DNA of 64,000 bases, from positions 558,001 through 622,000 of the forward strand of contig NC_043025.1 in the NCBI RefSeq assembly GCF_006345805.1, given 5' to 3'. Each line of letters starts with the position of its first letter. Within the stretch, counting starts at the first letter, position 1. The stretch is from Octopus sinensis. Its lineage: Eukaryota. Both the position numbers and the translations under genes were made by a program. This document shows, piece after piece, positions 53,243 to 64,000 of this stretch. Below the pieces are notes generated by a model, which was given only the letters and a program-made list of their open reading frames with translations, was not told the DNA's origin and did not search any database.

Positions 53243-54239
53243 ATCTGTCTCACAAATATTGGAGATCTTGCAGGGGTTAAAAAACTTGTCTGATCCTTTC
53301 TCCAAAATCGCTAAAATAAAAAGTGTGGAATTTTAACTCAGGTCACAGACAACTGGACAATATACTGCAAGGTGTCTTATTCGAGGTCCTCATAGTTGCA
53401 TTTGTTCATTGAACAGTTATGGTTCTTTATTGATCTCTGAAATGAATGACCCAAGGTTGACCTTGGCGGGATTTGACGTCAGATTGCCGTGTGTCAGAAC
53501 GCAATGTATTCTACTAGACGGTCAAATGATTTGTGCCAAACCTCGCTCAAGTTATGAACGATGAAAATATCTAACTTATTAAACAGAACTTCAACTTTAC
53601 TATTCAACATCTTGAGTTATACGAGATTTAGGAATTCCATTATTGACACTTTTCTCTTTATTTTACATTAGGATTTCTCATTTTGTCAAAACGTTCCAAA
53701 TGTTTTGAGAAATAGATCTGATCGAATGAATTGATCCACTTTAGTATTAGAATATTTGATTAAAACTGAAAGTTTAAGGTGATTAATGCAATGATGCAAG
53801 CCAATTAACTGGAAATAATCACCTGGAAGAGCAGTGTGTTGCAACAGAGTATTTGTTATGATTGCATGTATCAAATAATTTCTCTTTTTTATTCTATTCC
53901 ATTTCTTGAGACGTTAAATTTTAATAATTTACTTAAAAATTGCGTAAGATTTCAGGTGAACGGGGATACATCAATCAGCCGAAACTTCAATTAAGCTTGC
54001 ATAATTTTGTAATAAGGTTTATTGTGTTCATGATAGGGTAAATTTTACTGATGACATTCTATCAAAAATAAATTCCTCATAATTTGTTAAAACAACACTA
54101 TTTTGATTTCTTCACTTAGGTATTTTAAGAATTTGGCAATTTAAGCGGATCTCGTCATTATCTGCTGTTTAATTCATCTGTTTCATTTTTAATTATAAAA
54201 ATAATCATTTCTTCTATAGGAACAAACCTGAAATTTTGG

Positions 54240-54415
54240 GAAAGGGACAAGTCCTTTACATTGATCTCAGAGATAAATTGCTATTTATTTTACCGACTCC
54301 AAAAGAATGAAAAACAAAGTCAACCTCGACAGAATTTAAAATCGAAACGTAAAGACGAACGAAATACCGCTCAACATTTTGTCTGGCGTGCACAACGATT
54401 CTGATAGCTCGCTGC
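54240..54415 (-). mobile_element. Degenerate Meta-type SINE
   Basis: ttttaccgactccaaaagaatgaaaaacaaagtcaacctcgacagaattt...gatagctcgc matches the 23386 family in reverse. Confidence 0.6.
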
Positions 54416-54868
54416 ATATTCTATTATAAAATTAACACAAACAATAATTAACAATTATTCTGTGACACGATCAACTGATATTATATCATATTACTGTAAT
54501 AATAAGCAACAATTCAACTAATTAATGATATAACTATGTGGAATACACGTTTTCTTAGCACTAAAGTTTTTACACTGTCCGTTCATTGAATATACCGTAA
54601 GATTTGATAAGTTCAGACAAATGACATCAAAGTCAGATACTAGTCATATCCAATCTCTGTGTATGCGATGTTATATATTATAAATTCAATATGGTAAGAA
54701 ACAGTTTATTTGACTTCACAGCAGGTAACTTATCGATTTGTTTTACTCTAACATAAGATTGTGCTTAAAGCTGTGAGATAAACAGCATAAGCGATTAGCT
54801 GAGAACATAATCAATGAGAATTTAAAATATTGGATGTGGAAAATACGTAGAAAGTGTCAAATACTTAC

Positions 54869-55059
54869 AAATATTCAACATTCGTCGGAATTGGTTGTGG
54901 AATTGATAGTAAATTGCGACGTGCACAATATATTCTCGTTGTAAGTGAATTGCAATTACATGTGTTGCATATATCTGAATCAGCTTGAGTCTCCAAAAAC
55001 AATATCGTACACAGTATCAACACAAGAGACCGTCTATATGATACTACGTGGTGAAACAT
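54869..55059 (-). CDS. First coding exon of an extracellular LRR protein: signal peptide + LRRNT cap
   Basis: MFHHVVSYRRSLVLILCTILFLETQADSDICNTCNCNSLTTRIYCARRNLLSIPQPIPTNVEY(L): hydrophobic leader, CxxCxC...C...LxxIP..IP cap; acceptor ttttcttcttttacag ending at 55080, donor gtaagt at 54868. Confidence 0.92.
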
Positions 55060-55616
55060 ATTGCCAGGCGTAGATTTATCTGTAAAAGAAGAAAATAGGA
55101 AATGTCAGAGATTTCAATGTTATTAACTTCAAATTGCAGATTCTCTGAAGGAACTAAAATTCACCCCTGTTCCACATGACAAATATATTTTTGTTTTCAT
55201 GATTGGATATTTAAAGCTAAAAAATTAAATTTCGATAAATTAGTGTGAAGAAATTTATAAAAATATTATAGCTTTAACGCGTAATAATATCAAAGAAAAC
55301 ACCAAACTCACACACACAAACACAAACGCACTCCTACACACATCTGTAACCATACTCGGAGGGGGGTCTAATATATATATATATACAAAACTAGCGAACC
55401 ATGAGTTTCGTAGACCCTAAATACGCAGTGGTTGTAAACCCGGTTGGGTCGTTAAATCCGATGGGACCCCACAAGCAACTGTATTGTATCAAAGGATTTT
55501 TCCTGTACCCCAGTTTTAGAAGCGTTCATACAAAGTTTTTCCTTAAATAAACTATCATGATTTCATTTTACTTACTTTTTTTTTACTGAAAACAAGAATA
55601 AAGCATGAACGTAAAT

Positions 55617-56140
55617 CTATATATATAAAACTCAACTTGTGTGTCTATCTGTGTATCTGTGTGTGTGTCTGTGTCTTTTACTTCCCGGCACATCTCCTCC
55701 TAGCCAACAAATCGTAGAACCACCAAACATGGGTCACTTAAAGTTTAGGCGAATGAAAATTGAACTGCGCTATTTCTGTTCCGAAATTCATCTCGCAAGT
55801 GCAGAAATCGATAATGTGTTTGTTTAGGCCTTCTCCCATGCATTGAATAGTGAACTTTACTCAGTCAGCTGTTTGACGTGAACTGTGTTCACCACGCGTG
55901 CAAGCATGCGTAAATTGCATGAAAAATAAAAAAGCAAGACGAATCGCCGTAAACATTGTAGAAATTCGGCAAAGAAATGAATTTTCGGGATGTAGCCTGG
56001 AGGGTTTTTCCCTATTAATCGTTTGGACTTTGTGAACTCATACCAATTGTTTTCATACCATTTTTAACGCTTTGAATTAAATGTGACCATTTTGCGTTGA
56101 GTCTGCAGTTTGAATCACTAACCAAATTTTAGCAGGCAGG
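55617..56140 (+). mobile_element. Possible non-autonomous Helitron-like fragment
   Basis: Begins a|tctatatatataaaa followed by tgtgtgtctatctgtg; 3' end not identified. Confidence 0.35.
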
Positions 56141-56224
56141 ATTTTTGATCATCACGATACATCGCCAGCGACTCCCTGAAACTCTCCTCTGATATCCTCG
56201 TTGAGAAATACTGATCTAAAAGAA

Positions 56225-56435
56225 TAATTCAACAATGCAATTTTCTGTATGTTATATGTGTTTGTAAATCCTGGTGTTTTTGTTATGTATTTGTCTGAAT
56301 AATTTTTTATCATGCCTAATGCACTTACTATGATAGGAATTGTTTCTGTTTTTAGATTCCTCGTTCGAGTTACCTCTATTTCCAGGTCTTTGTATTTTGA
56401 AAGTTTCTCCATTTCTTTATTGTTATTATTATTAT
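56225..56435 (-). mobile_element. C-terminal fragment of an R4/Dong-like (restriction-endonuclease type) non-LTR retrotransposon
   Basis: EKLSKYKDLEIEV....LKTETIPIIVSALGMIK...IQKIALL, adjacent to a short (TAA)n run. Confidence 0.65.
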
Positions 56436-57589
56436 TTGTGTCGGTTTTGGAGACTAGTTGTTCGGAGCTCTAAGTTTTCTTTAGAATTTGTTGTTACAAT
56501 GTTGTTTTCAAAATTTTATTGACCACAGAACCCACCTCGCTGTAAGCGGGGCTAGCTGCGGTGGCCAGAATTCGCCCCTTAAAGGCGAATTTTGAGTTTT
56601 AAAAACTACAAATTTATATTTTATAAAGAAAAAGTTCAGTCTGGCTTCCCAAATCGAGGCAAGTAAAGGTTCTTACATCATCCGTTTTGACATTTTGTCA
56701 CCTCCGCTTGTTAATATTTTTGAGAAACAAAGCAAAGACAGCAGCAGCAGAAGCAGTAGCAGCAACAACAACAACAGCATCACAACCATCAGCACCAACA
56801 AAAACATAACAGAAAAATGAAGAGAAGGCAAGGAATCAATCCACTTTGACCCTAAAAAAGAAGACACACCACCAGAAATAGACAGCTGATTCTTGGTGGT
56901 AGATGTCCTCTTGGACATATAGGTCAAAACGAGCATCTTACAGATGCGGAAACTTTACTAACAAACTATTCGGGTCAAGGCCTAAAATTGTGGTGAAAAT
57001 GGACAGCCAAAATCTGGACACAATTCCAGATATCATAAATTCACACGGTGGCACCAACCTCCACGTGGCCTTTGAAAGCTGATGGTTTCGGTATCATCTG
57101 TGTGGGAACACAAATCATCTAAAATTCTTCTATTGCCCACAACAAATTAGAGAAAGGAGCCTCTCAATTTTGCCAACATCACAACACCACCACCACCACC
57201 GCCACCGCCACCACACAGCAACAATAACAACAATAGCAACAGCACCAACAGAGGCAGGTGACCATCGCGGCTACAAAATCAATAGTAACAGTAGCAGCAA
57301 CACTAATCGCAGCAGCAAAAACAACAGCATCAACCCCGGTCCCCGCCACCAAAAAAGCAACAACGTTATGAATAGGACAACGCCAAAAAGCTCTACAAGA
57401 TTTGCCCCTCCCCTGTTCGGAGCACTCAGACATACCTTGCGCGGATAGGGACGACGAAAGACCAAAATGGCAAGAGGTCGCCTGAACACACAAAAGAAAA
57501 AGAAACAGAACCCAAAACACACAGACAATTCAGACATAGACTTTCCCAAATGCATCAATAAATTAACATTGATATTTTTTCACCGTTGT

Positions 57590-58696
57590 TGCAATCATCT
57601 GAAATGCAACTGTCAAAGCGCGATATTCGAGCAATTTTGCTATTCAACATCAAAAAAGGATGTAAAGCAGCTGAAACTGCTCACGATGTCAACGAAACGT
57701 TTGGTGAGGAAATGACCAGTGAGTGGTCAGTTTGAAAATGGCTTAAACGATTTAGCAGTGGAAACCTGAAGATCTTGAGCGTAGTGGACGCCCGTCTGTC
57801 ATCGTATGACGGTCAACTGAAGATTGTCATTGAGAAAGACCCACGTAAAACCACTCGAGAACTGGCAAAAGAACTTCAAGTCAGCCAGAAAATGCCTGAA
57901 ACCATTTGCATGCGATCGGAAAATCAGAAAAGCTCGACATTTGAGTACCACACGATTTGAATGAAAATCAGAAAATGTGAACTTATGAAATGTGCTCGTC
58001 GCTTCTTCGATGAAACCAGACCGATCCAATTCTTGACCGTATTTGCGATGAAAAGTAGATTCTGTATAATAATAGAAAATGTTTTTCGCAGTGGATGGAC
58101 CCAAATGAAGCACCGAAAAGCTTCCCTAAACCCGATCTCTTCAAAAAAGAGATTATGGTGATTGTTTAGTGATGTGCTTGTTGGACTCATCCACTATAAC
58201 TTATTAAAACCCAGAAAATCCATTACTGCAGAAACATATTACCAAGAAATTGCCAATATGAACGAAAAATTGCTACTCCTCTGTCTCAGACTGGTCAACA
58301 GAAGAGGGCCAATCATTCTTCATGACAATACTCGACCACACGTTTCACTAATGACGCCCCAGAGGTTTAGGGAATCTGGCTACGAAGATATTCCCTACTC
58401 AGCTTATTCCCAAGACCTTTCTCCCAACGACTACCACTTTTTCAAGTATCTTTATAGTTTCCTCGAGAGAAGGAGTTGAAAAATCAAACCGATGCTGAAA
58501 GCGCGTTCAAAAAGTCCATCAACTCCAGAACTCCAGATTTTTATGTTAACGGAATAAACAAACTTTGTAACTCATTGGCAAAAATGTGTTTATATTAATG
58601 GTACAGACTTTGATGAATAAAATTTCCGCATTGGTGGAATACATTGTGATGAATTTCATGTTTCAAAACGTTGCTTACTTTTTACTCAGCCTGATA
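57590..58696 (+). mobile_element. Degenerate mariner transposon
   Basis: KKGCKAAETAHDVNETFGE, IEKDPRKTTRELAKEL, GPIILHDNTRPH and YSQDLSPNDYHFFK (YSPDLAPxD motif); multiple frameshifts; TIR-like end ttactttttactcagcctgata. Confidence 0.88.
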
Positions 58697-58704
58697 TTTA
58701 TTTC

Positions 58705-58935
58705 CATGTCAAACGGGAATGAGGGGTGCGGGGGTGGAATGGCAGTGTTGTCCCAGAGACGCCTGGATCTCAACACAAAGATTATCTTCCTGGACCCAGA
58801 AGGTAAGTTGGTGGTCCTGGACGTCGTGAACAGTAGTAACGGAGGTGTCCTAAGTCTGGTGGCTGTTTATGCCTCGACACGTTCCGGATAGCTGAACATC
58901 TTCAGACGTCTGGAGGTTTTCCTTGTAGTGTCTAG
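58705..58935 (+). mobile_element. APE endonuclease fragment of an L1/Tx1-like LINE
   Basis: GGMAVL...IIFLDPEGKLVVLDV...LSLVAVYA. Confidence 0.6.
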
Positions 58936-58937
58936 AC

Positions 58938-61900
58938 GAGGCGTCTGTAACCTGTGGCACGCGTGTCATGTGTAGCACGCGGAACAATTCACAATGGCAT
59001 GCACACCACTTGGCAAAAAATAAAAGTAAAATTTTATTTATAACTAACTCTGAGGAAGCGACATCATAATAATTAATTTACATATCTTTTTTACGATCCA
59101 TCTATTCTAGCCTAAACTATCTGAAGTTAGTTGTATTTGGTAATATTACATTTCCTTAAACATATAGTACTACTGAACACAATTTTGATACGAAATTATG
59201 AATGTTAGCACAATTAATTTGTTTGTAAGCTGGAGCTGAAAGCATTTATATGTACTTTATTACTGAAGCCGGGAGCTAGAGGTGCGAACGCTTGTTGTTT
59301 CGAACTCGGCTGTATATTTAGCAGTGCAGATCATACTATGTTAAACTTGGTTGACCACTTTACAGCAGCCAGTCTAAATAAAGACACTCTTTAAAATCGG
59401 CTGCTACATTGCGGGTCGTCTATAAGTAGACGCTTTTAAAATTATTCTTTCATTTTGGGAAGAAAATGCGGTAACGGGTAGGGTTTTCAAAAGGAATTAA
59501 ACATGAAAAGTCAAAAACTATAGTTATTTTCTTAGGTTTCAATTTCTCCTTCGGGAGTCAAGTTGTCTGATCTTTTGGGTATATATTTTTTTGTTTATTC
59601 ATATCATTTAGTTTAATCTAATTATTTTATTATTACAAAAATTAATTCATTAAATTAATTTCATTCTTTTTTACTATTTATTTTATTCTAATTATTTTAT
59701 TTAGTTATTTTTATTTGTAGAACCTAATTTAAGGGTTTATACACCTGTCATATCACTTATCAATATATAGTGCCCCAAATTGAATAACAAAGGACCAAAA
59801 TTTGACGTTCGTTTCAAGATTTCTGGAGCACTGAGTATGGATTTGTACAACAAAATCGAGTTGTGTGTGCGTTCTGCTGTGAATTTGTCGTATGTCGTAC
59901 ATCAAGTGTACAAAGACACTATCAAACTAGACACCAGACTATGTCTAAAAACGCTGATGATAAAAGGCAAATCATAAAAAGGGCTATTTCTAGTTACAAT
60001 AAAAGCACTTCTGTTTTTGTTCAAATGCTTGGAACCAACAATGAAGCCAAATAATGTAGTTAGACAATTGCTCAATGTAGAGCTGAGAAAGGTAAACCTT
60101 TAACAGTCGGAGAATTTATCAAAAAAGATTTTCTGAGAAGTGCAAAACTTTTGTTCAGTGATTAAGCAAACGCTGAATAAATACTGTCTCGAATTCAAGA
60201 AATACCAACTTCTGCATGATCAGTTGAGAGACGTGTAACTGATATAGCTGAAAACATAATTATAACACAGAAAGTTAGATTACAAAATGCTGCTGCATTC
60301 AGTGACCCCTATCGATGAAAGTACTCAAGTGAATGACATGGCGCACCTAGCAATTGTTGCAAGATACTGGGACAATGATCGTATTTACGAAGAATCATGT
60401 TGTTTGATTATTCCTCTTACCAATACATCTACAGGACAGGACATTCTGACTGCATTTCTAAATTATTTCGAAAATCAAGCCATTAATACAAATAAAATAT
60501 TTTGTATTACTACTGGTGGTGCACGTGCAGTGGGTGGAAAGGAAAAAAAGATTTATTAAGCGTCTTGAAAATCACATTTCACGCAGTGTAATGTGTTTTA
60601 ATTGCATTGTACATCAGGAAAATTTAGTTGCAAAACTTTCGTCACAAAGCTTGAGTTCTGTCGTGGAAACTGTTGTTAAAATAGTTAACTTCATGGTTTC
60701 TTGCTCTTCACTGACTCACAGACAATTTAAGTCTCTTCTGCAGGAACTGGACAGCGAATATGCAGACTTCCCACTTCACAGTAAAGTCCTGCAGCGTAGA
60801 CTCGGTTAAAATTTCTCTCTCCCATTTATTATATATACGTGCATTCGAGAGTAGCACGGAACAGCTAGCCTTTTGCCGCTATTTGGATCCCGTTCTGTCC
60901 ACTACTCTGATTAGTTGGTATTGGCGCAATTTGTCGCGCCAAACTGCCGCGTATAACCAGTCGGAGTCAGCCTGTTCTCTACCCCGTTTTGGCCTATTTC
61001 TCCTTATAAACGCTCCCCCTTTTCTCCTTTCGTCTTTTGGTTCCAGACCTTTTAAGGACTAGCCTCTGACCACAAAGACACAGCCAGTTCCAGAGACTTA
61101 CCAACTTTGTCCAACAGCATTCCAACAACCTCCATCTTCGTCGCTATCACCATGTCCTTAACGTCTTCAACATCATCTCTCTATGTACACAGCTCTGCAA
61201 GCGATGCACCCAGGTTCCAACACTTCACTGTTCATGAATTACTTCATCATGGGTCAACAACAAATATACAACCAGTATGAATTCCTGTACAAGTTCCCCA
61301 GGCAGCAGCATCACAGCCACGACATCACGTTCAACATATACCTCTAATTGTCTCCTACATCTATGAACCCATACGCATACATTCTGTTCTCATGACGGCA
61401 TGTCTATCGTTCAGTATACATGATGCACACACAGACACATCTGTTAACATATCAATAAATCTTCTTTTAATCATTCTACGCGGTTGTCTCCTTTATCCAT
61501 CTGGCAAATAGATGGTACTATCAATTTTCTCTTTATTGTAAGGGCTGTGTGATGTGGTACTAAAGAGCCATTCTTGTCAACTCGCATCGCACGGTCCTTA
61601 CAGTCCGTTGGCTTTGTCGGGGTAATGTTTTGAACAGATTTGTATCATGCTTAGAAGAATATTTCTTGAAAGGAAACAGTTGCCAGAATTGAACAACGAA
61701 GACGGTTTATTTAAACTGATGCTTCTAACTGACAGTCACTTGAATGATTAAAATTTGCATTTACAAGAGAGAGGTCAAACAGTACTTGATGTTTTTGAAT
61801 ATTGGAAAGGATTTTGTTAAAATCAGATTTTTTTTGCGTGATAAACTTAGCAATACATAAAAATACTTTCCAAATGTAAAAGCTTATTCAAATCGATTTA

Positions 61901-62265
61901 ATATTTAATAAAAACGAACTTCAAAAATATATTGCAACGTTGAAAGAAGAATTTTCCAAGTGAGATAAATATTTCGAAACAGATGTTCCTATATTTTCAT
62001 TTCTCATCAAACCCGACTTTGAGGGATTTGAAAACGAACTCACTTAATCTCTCACATTTTGGCTAAAAAACAAATATACAGGATAGTTTTGAAGTGGAAA
62101 TGATTGAATTAACCACTTCAGAATTATGGGGAAAAAATTTATGGAATTACTAAAATCTCTTGAAAGAAGCAGCTTAGAGAAGTCAGTTGCCATCTTCAAT
62201 TGCTGGGAGACGTTGCCTGAAAGATTCAATTCTTTGAAGAAAATCGCCTCAGCTCTGCTTTCAGT
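58938..62265 (+). mobile_element. Degenerate hAT (Charlie/Buster-like) transposon, interrupted by a solo LTR
   Basis: Terminus-like gaggcgtctgtaacctgtggcacgcgtg; BED-like CAFC...VQRHYQTRH, IDESTQVND, CITTGGA, NCIVHQENL, HRQFKSLL...LHSKV|RWLCRGNVLNRF, WETLPERFNSLKKIASALLS. Confidence 0.85.
60790..61602. mobile_element. Solo LTR (813 bp) inserted in the hAT transposase
   Basis: TG...CA termini, GTCC 4-bp duplication (60786-60789 and 61603-61606), internal tataaa (~61005) and aataaa (~61454); removal restores K-V-R-W. Confidence 0.75.
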
Positions 62266-62317
62266 CCAACATATACAGGATTACCCAAAAACAACAGAAC
62301 CCATAAAATTTCGGTTT

Positions 62318-63459
62318 CCGTCTACCAAATCCACTCAAAAAGATTTGGTCATTCCGAGACTATAGTAGAAAACAATTTCCCAAAATGCCATGCAGTGGAA
62401 ACTGAAAAAGGATCTACGTGCTTGCGAAGTAAGTTTCTTACCACACAGCCACGCCTATGCATGTGTGTTTATGTATAAGTCTATATATAGGATGAAAAGG
62501 ACAAACAAATATTTAAATAATAGTTCTGACGTGCGTGTAACAACGTTATGGTTGCTTGGAACCAAATGCTCACCGACAAATGACCGTCAGGAACAAAGTT
62601 ATTCTTTTACGTTGCATAGTTATAGAAAGATAGAGAGAGAGGGAAAAATAAATCATATATACATGTGTGTGTGTAGATACAAATGTTAAATCTTAAAAGA
62701 AAAGTAACAAAAATTTAAAGTCATTTGAGTGCGACGTTGCTGGAGTGCCACCTCAAAAGACTTAAAGCCGAAGAGCCGAAGAAATTTACCTCTGGGCTTA
62801 TTTTTTGTAAGCCTGGTACATATTTTATTGATCGCTTTTGCCGAACAGCTATGTTACGGCGGGCGTAAAAGATCTGATGTCAAACTATGAACGGGTAACA
62901 AACAGAGTCACACAGACACACACACACAGGCAAACACACACACACACAACACTCACACATACACACACACAAACACACTCACACACACACACACACACAC
63001 ACAAATACGACACACACACTCACACAAACATATGTATATATTTATAAAACGGACTTCCTTTGTGTCCGTCTACAATACCCAGTCGCAAGTCTTTGCTCAG
63101 CCCGTGGCTATAGTAGAAGACACTTTCCCAGGTTCCCATGCAGCGAAATTAAACCTGGATCTATGTGCTTGCGGAGCAAGTTTCTTACCACACAGCCACC
63201 CCTATGCATGTGTGTTTATGTATAAGTCTATATATAGTGAGAAAAGGACAAACAAATGTTTAAATAATAGTTCTTACGTGCGTGTAACAACGTTATGGTT
63301 GCTTGGAACCAAATGCTCACCGACAAACGACCGCCAGGAACAACGTTATTCTATTACGTTGCATAGTTATAGAAAGATAGAGAGAGAGGGAAAAATAAAT
63401 CATATATACATGTGTGTGTGTAGATACAAATGTTAAATCTTAAAAGAAAAGTAACAAAC
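62318..63459. repeat. Local direct duplication (~62318-62712 vs ~63066-63459) including minus-strand SINE heads
   Basis: Shared ccacacagccac.cctatgcatgtgtgtttatgtataagtc...aaatcttaaaagaaaagtaacaaa; duplicated spurious ORFs at 62390 and 63032. Confidence 0.85.
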
Positions 63460-63639
63460 ATTGTTTGTCTCTTTGCGTTCTGAGTTCTGAATCCAATTAG
63501 TCGACTGTCCACCTCCCCCACAAAACACAACCACTGGCATTCTACCTAAGCCAGAAACCACTTTATAGGAGGCAATCTAGGATTTCAGGACAAAGAATTG
63601 CTACGCGCGGGGTCATATGTAATCATGTATGGTTATAAA

Positions 63640-63733
63640 GATGCATGAGGATATATATACATAAACAAACACGCACAACTATATGTGTGTGTATGAGTGT
63701 GTGTGCATGTGAGTGTGTGTATGTACGTACGTT

Positions 63734-63785
<52 letters not shown>

Positions 63786-63955
63786 ATGAATGTATATGTG
63801 AGCGTGTATCTACATGTATGTGAATACATGCACAAGGGTACGAGGCGAAACATTCAAACACACACATATATATATAAATATATATAGGTATATAAATACA
63901 TATATATATATTCATACGCGTTTAGATATATACACACGCATATATAAATGTGTAT
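63640..63955. repeat. (TA)n/(TG)n/(CA)n microsatellite-rich tract
   Basis: Perfect (TA)n at ~63736-63782 within a mixed dinucleotide tract. Confidence 0.9.
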
Positions 63956-64000
63956 TCTTTTTCTTTAATTCTGTTACTTGTTGAAGTCATTTGCTACGCC

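Noticed and set aside
56520-57560. CAA/CAG/CAC-rich segment with short ORFs and a gaattcgcc...ggcgaatt hairpin
   Set aside because: Possibly a decayed retroelement ORF1 or UTR, but no recognisable motif or splice structure supports a call.

Overview
Repeat-rich eukaryotic DNA, most likely an octopus genome (inferred from recognisable tRNA-derived SINE families and TTAGGG telomeric repeats), in two contigs separated by a 100-N gap (26089-26188). The left contig looks subtelomeric. It holds a (CCCTAA)n array (7582-9864) interrupted by two extra copies of its ~280-bp left flank, abutting a 3.7-kb ATGACGTTAA satellite with a ~1.11-kb higher-order period. It also holds a rearranged direct-plus-inverted duplicate of a 6-kb segment and degenerate Chapaev-like, Penelope-like, Tx1/L1-like and mariner elements. 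The main result is in the right contig. What looks like a 25-kb GAA/GGA macrosatellite (26189-51200) is an intron-exon array of a minus-strand leucine-rich-repeat gene that the ORF track misses. A signal-peptide + LRRNT exon (55059-54869) is followed by at least 11 tandem 2.1-2.75-kb units. Ten carry a complete 72-nt phase-2/phase-2 exon encoding one 24-aa LRR; the eleventh exon is cut by the gap. Differences between these LRR cassettes concentrate at the predicted concave ligand-binding positions, reminiscent of a variable LRR immune receptor. The 3' end of the gene is lost in the gap. The remainder is decayed transposon material (Penelope-like, Helitron-like, R4/Dong-like, mariner, hAT with a solo LTR insertion, SINEs).
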